Origin: Octopus vulgaris
Lineage: Eukaryota
Assembly (NCBI GenBank): GCA_951406725.2
Contig: OX597814.1
Location: 217,744,001-217,808,000, forward strand
Direction of reading: 5' to 3'
Length of the DNA stretch: 64,000 nt
In this document: one piece after another, positions 24,373 through 37,926 of the stretch
Numbering within the stretch: position 1 is the first letter of the stretch
Layout: the number at the start of each line of letters is the position of its first letter
The notes under the pieces: generated by a model
The model's input: the letters and a program-made list of their open reading frames with translations, nothing else
What the model was told of the DNA's origin: nothing
Database searches by the model: none
Position numbers and translations under genes: made by a program

Positions 24373-27300
24373 ATTTACTGAAACCAATGAGATAATTTTT
24401 GTAAATTTTTTTTAACGGCAAGATGTTTGTTCTACTCAACCAAGAGGATTCATTTGTCAGCCAAACTAGCAAGAAGCATAATTTTGTGCATAATGCAATG
24501 GCTCTGAGCCAATCAAAGAGCCTCCTTGACATTGTGAAAATAGCAGCCAAATCTATATCAAACCAGTTCAAGATATTCTGAATCTAGAAAAACCCAGTCT
24601 GGACAATCAGGGTTGAAATAGAAGAAACGTTGTCAAAATTCCAGTGGAGCAGATTTAGCTACGAAACCTGCTCACGATAAAATCTGTTTGGATTCTCCCT
24701 CACTTGTCCTTCCCATTAATGCCATTGCTCAACCAATTCTGAACGATCTTGATGTGAGTTCATCTGGGGAGTGGTGCTCCCCCAAACCGAAGAAGAGGCA
24801 GTGCAGTTCCAAACCGGGCAGGAAAGTTATGACCACTAAACCCATTCCGATTGACCCCAAAGGCCAACATAAGTCTGATGGCTATGAAACCACCCTTTCA
24901 AAATCATCCAACAAAGAATCGAATGCCGCAGCTCATAGTAGAGAACAGAAAGACCATTTTGCCCACTCACGATCAGCAATCATTTATGGTAAAGCTGAAT
25001 CCACCTGTGATACAGGCATAAACCTTTTAAAAGAAGACATCACTTTTGTTTCCGTTTTAGTTGGAGAATTGTTCTCTGTCAACGAAAATGTCAGTATCCA
25101 TAAGGTCGCTCGGCTAGGAAGATTCCGAGCAAACTCAACCTCAGACACTAGACCACGCCCAATAAGAGTAATCTTTTCTTCCGATCAGGAGGCTTCAACC
25201 TTTCTGAACAGAGCTCAGATGCATGCCTGGGAGGACCCCAATATGGGTTTTCACGAGGAATACTCACTGGGAGGGAGAATTCGCCGGAGAAACCTAATAT
25301 CAGAACTGAAGATGAGAAAACAAATGGGAGAGAAGGGTTTACGCATCCAAGATGGACAAATAATCAAGTCCTACCTCTGGTCGCATGCTGTAGTGCTGAC
25401 AGGGAAAGTGAATTGAGGGCGAATTGAAGTAAAGTAGATACCCCCGTCAACGATGCTTTCCCTGATATCCCTTATTCTGCTTGTTCCCCAATTCCCGCCC
25501 CTCAAACTTCACAGCTCAGCATTGTCTATACCAACTCATGCTCCTTATTTCCAAAGTTCAGCGAACTATTTACACTGGCCATGCGTGATTCCCCAGATGT
25601 AATAGCTATCACCGAGACTTGGCTGACTCCTGCAGTAAAGGACTCGGAAATCCACCTACAGGGCTACGCCCTCTTCAGGTGTGACAGAGAAAAAGGCGAG
25701 GTGGAAGTGTTGCTGTGTATGTTAAATCTGATCTCAAACCGTCCAGCGGTATTCTACCCACTAATACTCAACCTACAACAAAATTCGAAGCCGTCTATTG
25801 CAAGCTGAGCCTATCCGGGTTTTGCCTGCCCGTGTTAGCTGTCTACAGGCCGCCTCTTGCCAACCCTCAGGACGATGCTCATTTACTCGAAATGATAAGA
25901 TTCATTTCAGCTTCTCATGACTGTTTGATATTAGGACACTTCAATGCTCCCACGATCGACTGGCCCGCATCAATTTGTACATCATCTTCCCGGTTCGGCC
26001 AGGCCCTTCTTGACGTGGCTGAAGATTGTTTTCTATCGCAACATGTTGAATATCTGACAAGGCATCGGTCTGGGCAGCAGCCATCTATGCTGGATCTGGT
26101 ATTCTCCCGCTATCCAAGATCAGTGTCAGACGTATCTGTGTGCGCCCCTCTTGCCAAGTGTGATCATGCGGTCCTGAAGTTCGTCATGCACACAACTTTT
26201 TCTATGCCCACGACTACTTCGCTGCCACGTAGAGTCTTCTCTGCAATCGATCTTGAAATTCTAACCGAGGCTTCCGCGCTTCTGGACTGGCGATCCCTGA
26301 TGACGATGTCCTCAGTTGACGAACTATGGTCGTCCCTCAAAGCATATGTAATCTGGTTGACTGACCAAGTAGTTCCCGTTGGGCTTCCCAAGAAGAAAGA
26401 AACACAAGCCCTGGGTGACGAAAAAGGTTAAACGAGAACTTCGAGATATTGCTTGGGCTGAATTCAAAAATCTAGATTCGACTGCAGCTTTTGAGGTGTA
26501 CAAAACTCAACGAGACCGAGCCGTGAACATTGAAAAGGAAGAACGCTTCAGATATGAATACAGAATCGCGGCAAACGCCAGTCGCAATCCAAAAACCTTC
26601 TTTGCCCATGTCCAACGGAATTCCCGCTTGTACAACCAAATTGCAACGTTGGTAGACTCAACAGGCGTATCGATTGAGGACCCTTATCAGCAGAGTCAGT
26701 TATTTGCCGAGGCTTTTTCAACAATTTTCAAACAAGATGATGGTCGTGAATCCCCTCCATTTAATAGATCGGTACCTCCAATGCTTCGATTGGTCATCAC
26801 GTGGGACGAAGTCGAACGCGTTATTCAAGGTCTCAATGTCAACAAGGGTCATGGCCCTGATGGCATACACCCATGGGTTATCAAAGTGTTGGCTCCGGTC
26901 ATCTGCGAGCCCTTAACACGTCTATTCAATATGTCATTGGCGATGGGTGTTATACCTGCGGACTGGAGAACAGCGATAATCTGCCCAATTTTCAAGAAAG
27001 GGAGCCGCAAAGACCCGCTTAACTACCAACCAGTTTCCCTTACATCAATAATCAGCAAGATGTTCGAAACCATCCTTAAGAAAAGTATGATGCTCCACCT
27101 CCAAAACACAGCCTCTATCTCTGATTCCCAACACACGGCTTCGTGCTGAAGAGATCATGCTTCACCAACTTACTGATAATGGAGGAATTGGTGACGCGCA
27201 TCCTCGATGATAGTGATGCTGTTGACATCGTTTTATAGGACTTTGCCAAAGCTTTTGACTCAGTTACTTGTCAAGCTTCAAGCATATAGTTTCCATCCGG

Positions 27301-28362
27301 ATATTGTACGATGGGTTGGTGCCTTCCTCTCAGATTGCTCCTTCCAAGTCCAAGTTAATGGTTCGCGGTCCGACGTCTCCAGTGCGAGCAGTGGCATGCC
27401 TCAAGGTTCAGTACTTGGGCCCTTATTGTTTTTAGTCTTCATAAATGACTTGCCCGACGACCTCCTGCAACACACCCTTCTATTTGCCGATGATGTCAAA
27501 CTGGTCGCTCCTCGCGGTGATATAGAGTATCTTCGTCGATGCCTCCACCAAATTTGGAGATGGTCTAACGAATGGGACCTGTGTCTGAACGTGTCAAAGT
27601 GCTGTCATCTGCCTGTTGGCTCTCCTCCTGCAACTCAACTTGATTTCGAGCCAGGTCGTCTGCTGCTGGAGAGGACCGATCAGGTAAAGGACCTGGGTAT
27701 CTTGGTGGATTCCGCCTTTTCGCCTTCGGCCCAGTGCGTCCATGCTGCCAACAAAGCACACGGAATTCTGTTTTTGATTCGACGGTCATTCGGAATGCTC
27801 ACAGCAGCCATATTCCTACCGCTCTATGCCACGCTGGTGAGACCCATATTGGAGTATGGGATTCAAGCCTCTTCTCCTTATCTCCTCAAAGACATACATC
27901 ATCTCGAAAGAGTCCAGAAGCTGGCTACCCGCATGGTTCTTGGTCTCAAGAATTTGTCTTATGAAGAAAGGCTGAAGATGCTCGACCTTTATTCTCTAGA
28001 AAAACGCCGCCGCCGTGGTGATCTCATTCTTGCTCACAACATCATAAGCGGAAAGTGTAACCTCTCAAAAGAGCGGCTCTTCACTCCTGCTCCAGAGCGT
28101 CGGCTGCGGGGTCATTCCGAAAAGCTCTATCTGCGGCGATTTCATCTCAATCGAAGGAGAGGAGCTTTCTCCGTCCGGGTTGCGGATCCGTGGAATAAGC
28201 TGCCAGACGAGATGGTGAAGATGCCGACGACCGCTTGGATCAAAGTCTCCCTTGACCTCAAGTGGCCTGAATTCTTTACATGAACACCACCCTGTACATA
28301 ACTCCATGTCCCCCTACATGGCCTTGCTTTTTGCTTTTTGAGCCAAAAAATTAACTAACTAA
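24237..28362 (+). mobile_element. Near full-length but frameshifted CR1-type LINE (ORF1 remnant, APE endonuclease, reverse transcriptase)
   Basis: ORF1 24688..25416 (RPRPIRVIF, ELKMRKQMGEKGLRI). APE motifs IAITETWL, G(H)FNAP, LDLVF. RT motifs GPDGI, PIFKKG..NYQPVSLTS, GMPQGSVLGPLLF, LFADD; C-terminal LEKRRRRGDLI, RGH, WNKLP; (TAAC)n tail. The 5' boundary is uncertain. Confidence 0.9.
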
Positions 28363-31280
28363 ATACTTTTTACCATAATTCTGCTAGTATTGTATGTCAA
28401 ATTATTTTATTTTTATACTGGGAATCTATGCTATGCCATCTGGGTGAAAGCCAGGAATCCAGACCACTTGATTATACTCTAAACCAATTGTTTTCAGTAT
28501 ATGCCACCCTCATGAAGCACAGAGAATTGTGTGGCTTCCTTAAATAGTGACGCACCAAAATTCTCATTCTCTCTTCTTTTTGTTTTTGTGTTTTTTTTAA
28601 TGATACCCGACCTAAAAATAAAATGAGTTTCCTGTTTTCCAGCTTTTCACATCTCACAGAAGAATGAACGTACTGAGGTGTAATTTTGTCCACAAGGTTA
28701 ACTGGACTCAAGGATGGAGACAAAATTGGTTTCAGTAACTCAGTAAAAAATTTTTTAAATCTCTATATGTTACAGTAAATGTTACTAAGAATAATACTTT
28801 CCTTATAAGCCAGGAGGGTCCATACATTTAATACAAACTTGTTACAAATATGATATTCTACTTCTAAATCAAAATAGGTAACAGATACTTTGAAATCATC
28901 CAAATGCATAAAATGTATCAAAAAATTCGACCCTAAGTAAGAGTATAATCCTCAGCACATCTTAAAGCATCCGTGGCTTTCTTTTTTCTGCAGTGTGTAA
29001 AGGAGGCATCTTTTTTAGTTATGTTTCTCAAAATATAAATTTCATCCCAAGCAGTACACTTTGTTCATCAAGGACATTAACTGACAGAATTTTTGCAACC
29101 ATAAATTCAGCTGAAGTGGAAAATTTTATTAACTCTGAAACTCTTGTTTTTACTTTTTAGTAATTTCTACAGGGAGTTCATAAACTCTTTCATATATGGA
29201 ATCTTAAATGAGTCAGTATATACAACAAAAGTACAATAAATCATAGTTAAGTGACCCTGCTTACAAATTAAATTTTTAGTTGTTCTGTTTTTGACACAGT
29301 CTTTTAGATAACTTGGTATTTACTGCTTTCACTAGACCCAAACAAGCATGAAGAAAATAGACAAGAAAATGATGAAACCATGTTAATTTCCTTAAGATTT
29401 AGCATACCATGCCTCTTCATAAACTGTCCAGTGAAATCTAACAATTTTCTTTTCAATCCCAATTACATTTGTTTCCTTATGCAATGCAATAAGATTTGGT
29501 TTGAGAATTTCAAAACAAAATGCCTGCAGTTCTAATAACCCCCAAGGTGAACAAATTCTATAAATATATCAAAATCAGAGCTATATGTATAAATATTGCA
29601 ATATCATTTGCATCTTGACTTTTATCAACTGCAAGTGAGAAGATTGGACTCTCTCCAAGAGACTTGTTTCATATCTGTAGATATTTTGACATTTCTGCAA
29701 CATATCACATAATTGTTCTGTAGAACTAATGTTGCAAAATAAATTGTATTTATTCCAGAATATAATGTCTAACTAGGAAATCAAACACTTCTTCATAATT
29801 TATCTTTTTGTAAATAATTTCATTTTCCTAACTATCAACCCTTTCAGTGTATTCCTTTTAGACTGGGCACTTTTTCCTGAAAAAATAAAGCAGCCTTGAT
29901 ACACTTTGAAACTTTTCCTCAGTTAATCCGTCCATTCATTTGTCAGTGAAGTTTCTGTATTTTTTGTGTGTTCTGTTTAGTAGAGAAGCTTGGTGTTAAA
30001 TTCTTCATTAGCTGCAACTCATCCACAACAAACTAGTTATGTGTGCATTCCACGATGTTTTGCAAAAATACTTCTCTGTCCCAACTTCCTGAAATATCAG
30101 GCATTCAGCATCTACTAGTCTACATTTTGATGTTGTTTTGATCAGCTTCATATACAGTTTTGCTATTCAAATCTATTCATATTACAAAGTTATGCTTATT
30201 TCTGACTTCTCCTTTGGTATCTCATCAGAAATCATTAAAAAAATATGAACATGAAAGCGTGGTGCAACACAATAGAGGTTAATTCAAGTGCATTGGTGAG
30301 GGAATTTTTGCCAATCAGTTGAAGGCCTTTTGAGGAAGGAGGGTTGAGGATTTTATGTGTGTAGCAACAGATGTGACCCATAATCCAAAATGGGTCTTAC
30401 TTGAGCTTTTACAGGTTCTGGATTGAAGTAGTCCTAAAGTGAAATTTTAGTCAATCTCATAGTTTTATCAATATTGCATAGCATAAGGGTAGGGTACTAA
30501 CACATGTAGATAGTGAGGTGTATCATTTATAGAAACTTTGAAGGCATTGTTAGTGCTGTTCATGACTAAGAAGAGTGAGGTATGAAACTGTTTCCTTGAT
30601 TTGTAGTGACTGTGTACCAATAAGGAAACTAGGACATAGTCTCTCTGTTGAATGATCTTTTCAAGGCCATTCAGAGAAGTGGTGGCCTGATGTTTTTACA
30701 TCCATGTTTATAGAGCAGTGATGGAGTGAAGGTGGCATCAAATGTTTAGGCATATATTCTTATATGTAGCATCATGTAGGCTGTTAATATAAGGAAAGAA
30801 TTACAGTGTTGAGCTGGCAGAATCATTAGTACATCAGTCGAATGCTTAGCAGTATTTCTTCTGACTTGATGTTCTGAGTTCAAATTCCACCAGGGACAAC
30901 TTTCCATTTCATCCTTTCAGGGTAGATAAAATAAGTACCAGTTGAACACTGGGGTCGATGTAATTGGACTTACTGCCTCACGTCTGAAATTGCTGGCCTT
31001 GTGCTGAAATTTGAAACCAATAGATGAAGGCACTGAGCCTAGTGGTTAGAGTAACATTTATGATCACTGGATCGTGGGTTTGATCCTCAGACCAGGTGGT
31101 GAGTGGCGTTCTTGAGCAAAACACTTCATTTCACATTACTCCAGTCCACTCAGCTGTAAATGGGTAACACTGTGATGGACTTACTTTCTGATCAAGGGGG
31201 ATGTTGGCCTGCTTACCTGGCCAGCAGGGTGGCCTCATTCAAAAGCTAAAAAACAATGATGCAAAATGCATAATACATAC

Positions 31281-31315
<35 letters not shown>

Positions 31316-31406
31316 TACAGACACATATACACACACATATATATATATTCTTTCACTTGTTTCACTCATTTGACTGTCACCATGCTGGAGCACCAACTAT
31401 AATATA

Positions 31407-32134
31407 CCGGGTCATCCTAGAAATAATGCGGTTTTTTTATACGTCTTTTATTTTTCAAAATTAAGATAGACAAAGTTCTTTTTTAATCTAAAATATACTT
31501 TCCTTCATACTCCACAATGCTCTTCCATCTATCTGGTAGACATGCAAGGCCCTTCTTCCAAAATTCACTTGTCTGTGTTGAAAAATACTCCTCCAGAGCT
31601 GTTCTGACTTTGTCTACAGAATTCATATTTTTTCCGTCCAAATGATTCTGAAGACTGCAGAATAAATGATAATCAGGGCAATGTCCAGCGAATATGGTGG
31701 GTGGGGCATCGTTCCCCATTCAAACTGCTCCAGTGTTTTGGAATGTCATCCTCACTGTATGTGGCCGAGCATTATCCTGATGGAAGAACACCTTTCATCT
31801 TCAAACCAAAGATGGTCATTTTTCTTCTAGCGCTGACTTAAGCCACTCAAGCTGCTCACAGTAGAGACCTCCTTTGTTATTGTTTGGTTTGGGTTTAAAA
31901 GTTCAAAGTGGGCTAAACCTTTCATATCCCACCAAACAGATAACAACACTGTATGTGAGTGAAGACCTTCTTTAGCCTGAAGTGTCAGTGTTTCTCCTTT
32001 CCCTACCCACTGTCTCTGGTGCTTGACATTTTTATAGAGAACCCATTTCTCGTCACCAGTCACTGTTTGGCCCCAAAAAAGGTAGACATTCACTCTCTGC
32101 ACATGATTAGACTGCATTATTTATGGGATGCCCT
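31407..32134 (-). mobile_element. Deleted mariner (DD34D-type) element
   Basis: TGDEKWVLY, LLSVWWD, DYHLFCSLQ motifs; terminal inverted repeats GGGTCATCC..AAATAATGC. Confidence 0.85.
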
Positions 32135-32186
32135 ATATATGCATGTATGTATGTATGTATGTCTGTATGTATGTATGTATGTATGT

Positions 32187-32268
<82 letters not shown>

Positions 32269-32919
32269 ATGTATGTGTGTATGTATGTATGTATGTATGT
32301 ATGTATGTATGTATGTATGTATGTGTGTGTTTGTGTGTGTGTGTGTGTGTGTGCATGTGTGTGTGTCTGTGTGTGTGTGCCTGTGTATGTATGTATGTAT
32401 GTATATACACACAAACACACACACACATATATCCATACATACATGCATACACACACACGCACAAATATGGTGATGATGATATATGTATAGCAACATCTGA
32501 TAGTCTGGCTTATCATGTAATCATATGATATGGAAGAATTAGTGTGAGAAGTAGTATTTAGAGATCCTTAGAATTGATTGAGTATGAGTGAGAGTGAGTC
32601 CTGCTGACAGCTGCCGTAGTTCAGATTCAACAATCTAACCAGGGGGGGGGGGGCTTCGAATCCAATAAATAAGAGATTTTTATGGAGATTTTAGGCAGGC
32701 AATTTACCCCATGGGCTATAACGGAACTTTCATGGAAGAGCTCAACAATAAGGGACCATTGACAGCTGATATGGGAAAGCAAGTGGTCAATAGACTTGAT
32801 TGTGGTGGTCATTGTGGAAGGAGAAAGAGTCAAAGAGGATGAAAAAAGTAATTGCTAAAAACAGTTTGACATGTCGGAAGCTGGAGCAATAAATTGGAGT
32901 TTGTGGCGAAAGAAGTTGC

Positions 32920-33035
<116 letters not shown>

Positions 33036-33082
33036 GGACATGAGATTTCACTGGACCACATTATTTGAGGATAAAAATAAAA

Positions 33083-33475
33083 ATAATAATAATAATAATA
33101 ATAATGAAATTATTGTATACAGTGCTCGGGTGCACCACAACTTGTCAGAAAGTGCATATAAAGTACATGCAGTAATGTAGAAATGTCTGGAAAGCGAACA
33201 ATGTATGAGTCAGATTCATGCTTGTGTGTGTATGGAGGGGAGAAAATCAAGTGTAGTGTTGGCGAATCTCAGGAAGCATGGAAGTTTTGAAGGATGCAGT
33301 GCTCCGACAACTAACAACTGATGCTGGCAGTTTGTTCCATGCTTCAGCAACTCTCAGCGTGAAAAAATGTTTCCTGAAGTCATGGGAGCTGTGCTGTTTT
33401 CTTACTTTGTAAACATGTCCACGGGTGTTAGACGGGTGGAGTTTGAAGAGGTGCTCAGAGTTATTGTTTGTAAGA
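33083..33475 (-). mobile_element. CR1-like LINE 3' end, same family as 16390..16760
   Basis: NTRGHVYKVRKQHSSHDFRKHFFTLRVAEAWNKLP plus (TTA)n tail. Confidence 0.8.
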
Positions 33476-34719
33476 TGGAAAGGATGATGTCTGAGTGGTT
33501 GCCTCATTGAGTTGAAGCAACTAGAGATGTTTTCTCACCTGACAGGTGAGTGTTTGGTGGTGAGAAGGTGAATTTCAAAGCGGTTTTGTTGTGTTAGGTA
33601 TGCAAAATGTTGAGTTGGATGCAAAGTGGGTAGCAAATGTGTAAATGGGAAAATGAGGTTTGGGTTAGAGGATTCTGCAAAGTTAGTGGAGAAACTATCT
33701 TGGAAAGGGATCAGAAGGACCTGATGAGTAGTGTGAGAGAAGCACGGAGGCCAGTCGATGTGGTACTGGCTACGGCCACGTTCGGATGGATTTCTTATGT
33801 GCCACCGGCACTGGTACCACAAAAATACAAATTCCATTGATGTTCATCGATTTTGATTTGGTTTGATTTTCACTTGCCTCAACAGGTCTTCACAAGTGTC
33901 CCAAAAAGGAAGGTATAAATCAAAAACGGTTGAGGAAGAACTAACGATAAAATCGGAAGTTTTTGTTTCTTAATCGCTGTCAATTTCTTCTCAGATAAAG
34001 AAAAAGATACATTTGATTAGATCAATGTCACAGTATTATATACCTATTTTATTGTTGGCAAAGAGATAGAAAGCAAAGTTTCTCCTAATGATACACCATA
34101 AATCTGCATTGAAAATCGCGAGATCCTATAATTATTGTCGACATTCAACAAACACTTCAGCGATTTACATTTCAAACATACAAAATAAAAATATAAATAA
34201 ATGAATATTTTCAAGGAAGAAAACTTATAGAATCAGCTGTTCAGAAGTTATTTCCCTTGGAATGTGTAATGCGCCTGCGCTTTGCTGTCTTATGTTTTAG
34301 AAATGAATTATACATACATACATACATACAGACAGACACACACACACATACATACTTACATACATATGTATATGTGTGTGTGTATGTGTATATATATATA
34401 TATATTTATTTACGGTTTGAGTCAGCTAACTCCTACCAAATACCTTGATTGTTTCTTATATTTGTTTACTCATCATCATCATTTAACGTCTGTTTTCCAT
34501 GCTGGCATGGGTTGGGCGCTTTGGCCAGAGATAGCAAGCTGGAGAGCTGCACCAGGTTCCAGTCTGATTTAGAATGGTTTCCATGGCTGGATGCCCTTCC
34601 TAATGCCAACCACTTTATAGAGTGTCTTGGGTGCTTTTACGTGGCACTGTACAGACACTTTTACGTGGCACCACAGTAGCACTTTTATGTGGCTTTACAT
34701 TACCGGGGGGACCGGTCTG

Positions 34720-34970
34720 AACACTTCTGCTGCAGAGTACAGGTCTTCTTGAGTGCAACATGGTGCCAGGCATCTCAGCTGAAAGCTTCAGGGTCCTGAG
34801 GTCATTCTGCAGTACTTCAGCCCATGTCTTCCAAGGTTTTCCACTTCCACATGTTACATCTACTTTGAGAGATTGGAACTTCTTTATGCAGTTTTCCGCA
34901 TCCATCTACATCACATGACCAAACCATAACAGTCTTCTCTTTTGCACACAGCAATTAATTCCTCCGCAGT
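34720..34970 (-). mobile_element. RTE-type LINE 3' fragment
   Basis: KRRLLWFGHVM and GKPWKTW..V..DL motifs. Confidence 0.65.
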
Positions 34971-35105
34971 AACACACACACACACATATATATACATACA
35001 TACATATATATACATACATACATATATATACATACATACATACATATACATACATACATATGTAGGTGAATAAAAACAAAATGAGCAACAGGATATCAAG
35101 AGGTG

Positions 35106-35193
35106 ATGCAGTACAACCATTTCAAGCGGCTCCATTTAATTGAACAATGCAATCATTACATCAATTTAAATGCAGGGCTATCTTTAGCTGCAT
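35106..35193 (-). ncRNA. Decayed hammerhead motif with long helix II
   Basis: Minus strand reads ATGCAG-CTAAAGA-[long imperfect stem]-GAAA-TGGTTG-TA-CTGCAT. Helix I is a perfect 6 bp; core G5 is changed to A. Confidence 0.5.
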
Positions 35194-36656
35194 AAATGAA
35201 TAGAATTTTTAATCAGTTGGATACATTAATGTAATTTTACTCAAATTCTCTAATAGAGTAAGAAGAGGGAAAGAGTCCATGCTGCTACTAATGTAGCTAA
35301 GAATATACTACACTTCTAAGAACTGTATGAAGTTTGTTAGGGTCGTAGCTTGTAAAGGAGTGGTTCATTTTTAATTTATTAGTTTTTTTTAATCAACTAC
35401 CAAATCTAAGGTTAGAGGACAGTGTGTGTTTAGAATGGAGAGCAAGAGTGAGTTAGGTATGATTATAAATTACAAATGAACTACAATTCTTTACAAGCTA
35501 TGACCCTAACAAACTTCATACAGTTCTTAGAAGTGTAGTATGTTCTTAGCTACATTAGCCACTAAACCATTTTTATTTTCTCTCCCTGTTTATTTCTGTG
35601 TTCCTTTCTGTCGAAGAGTGTAGGCCCGAAATGTAAAACACTATCTCACTTCCTGAGCGTTAAACTGATACATCTGTTTGTTGTTTACACACCTGTCTTC
35701 GTCTTTTCTTTTCTTGTAAATTCTCACTATACTCTTTTACTTGTTTCAGTCATTTGACTGTGGCCATGCTGGAGCACTGCCTTTAGTCGAGCAAATCAAC
35801 CCCAGGACTTATTCTTTGTAAGCCTAATACTTATTCTATTGGTCTCTTTTGCCGATCCGCTAAGTTACGGGGACGTAAACACATTACCATCGGTCGTCAA
35901 ACGATGTTGAGGGGGAACAAACACAAACACATACATATATATATATATACATATATATATATATGATGTGCTTCTTTCAGTTTCCGTCTACCAAATCCAC
36001 TCACAAGGCTTTGGTTGGCCTGAGGCTATGGTAGAAGACACTTGCCCAAGGTGCCATGCAGTGGAAATAAACCCAGAACCATGTGGTTGGTAAGCAAGCT
36101 ACTTACCACACAGCCACATATATACATTTACAAACACACGCATACATATATATATATATATATATACACACACATACATACATATATACACACATACATA
36201 TATTTATACACACATACATATATATATATATATACACACATACATACATATACACACATACGTACATATACACACACACATATATATATATATGCTGAAA
36301 ATTTTGGGGGCCTGAGTTTTCAAATTTCTCCTGCTGCTTTTTTTTCAAAATATGTCATTAATTTAAATAGAAATGTGATCATCATCATCATCATCATCTC
36401 AGTTATTTGATGTCACTAAAGTATGAAAGCAATTGTAGTTGTACTTAACCTGTGAGTTGATCTAGAAACTTTAGTTCAGTTAATACCATGTTATTGAGGA
36501 CTGGTCATCATTGGTACTTATGGCTCCATCATAATTTCTCTCGGCGCCAGTTACGTTAAAATGTTGTTATCATTTTGAAGATGTCACAGGTATTTTTGTC
36601 TTTTAACTTGATGTAAAATCTGTTTGGAGATTGGGCATTGGGGTTACCTGTAAAGA

Positions 36657-37043
36657 GTGGAGGCGCAATGGCCCAGTGGTTAGGGCAGCAGACTCGCGGT
36701 CATAGGATCGCGGTTTCGATTCCCAGGCCGGGCGTTGTGAGTGTTTATTGAGCGAAAACACCTAAAGCTCCACGAGGCTCCGGCAGGGGGTGGTGGTGAT
36801 CCCTGCTGTACTCTTTCACCACAACTTTCTCTCACTCTTACTTTCTGTTTCTGTTGTACCTGTATTTGAAAGGGCCGGCCTTGTCACTCTCTGTGTCACG
36901 CTGAATATCCCTGAGAACTACGTTAAGGGTGCACGTGTCTGTGGAGTGCTCAGCCACTTACACGTTAATTTCACGAGCAGGCTGTTCCGTTGATTCGGAT
37001 TCAACTGGAACCCTCGTCGTCGTAACCGACGGAGTGCTTCCAC
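36657..37043 (+). mobile_element. Young tRNA-derived SINE (family A)
   Basis: Near-identical copy; TSD ACCTGTAAAGA. Confidence 0.9.
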
Positions 37044-37876
37044 ACCTGTAAAGATCAGAACCTTTGACAAACTTGTTGAGCATCCAGTCATTCCTTTGTA
37101 AGCTTCTATTTTATCTCTGTAGTCAGGAAAATGACTAACCTAACTCTATGGAGCATGAAAATTGCTAAAACTAGTCAAGCAAGTCTCATTTTCCTAGTCA
37201 CAGATTAAAAAAAAAATAAACATACCTACTTTTTACTTGAGGCTAAAAGTATGTTTATTAAAACCAGGTCATGTATTTTCCTTATATCTCCATGAAGAAA
37301 ATTATCTGCAAAGTTAGTCTTCATTTGTACGTAATGACTGCTTTATCCTGTTCCACAACCGTAACCTTTTGTTTCTGTTGAAATATACTGCGTTTGTTTC
37401 AATTAATTTTGAAATTAATAAAATAACTTTGCCATTACTAAGTTGGTCTGGGACATAAATTGATATGAAATTTTGATGGTAGATTTTAATTTAGTTCACT
37501 TTAAAAGCAAGTTCATATCATAGAACCAAGAGTCGACTTGGGCAAGTTTATCACAAGGGTCAAAGTTCTTATTTTTCTCTATCCAGGAAGCATTTTTTGG
37601 GGTGCCTTGAACTATTGGTGACTCAACAGGTCACATGTAGTCTAGTATACTTTTAAAGTGACACACAGTCACTGCTCTCATAAAGAGGAAAACCATTAGT
37701 TTTAAATCTCTGAGCGAGAAGTAACAGTACTACAGAGTAAACTGTATTTGCCAATGTAAAGTGACAGTCCTGATTAGGAGGATGTTACTACCTTGTTTAT
37801 GAGATCAGTGACTGTGTGTCACTTTAAAAGTATATACCTTGAACAAGGCCTAGTGCTGCCATCTCTATCCAATGGT

Positions 37877-37926
37877 TATCCTGTGCTGATGAAGAGAAAT
37901 AACTCAGAAACCATGGTCTGCAGATA
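37877..37926 (+). ncRNA. Minimal type I hammerhead motif
   Basis: CTGTG-CTGATGA-AGAG-AAATAA-CTCA-GAAA-C-CATG-G-TC-TGCAG, with a palindromic loop III and a GUC triplet. Confidence 0.65.

Noticed and set aside
24065-24571. 168-aa minus-strand ORF
   Set aside because: It runs across the perfect palindrome and antisense to the LINE 5' region, so it is best explained by the inverted duplication.
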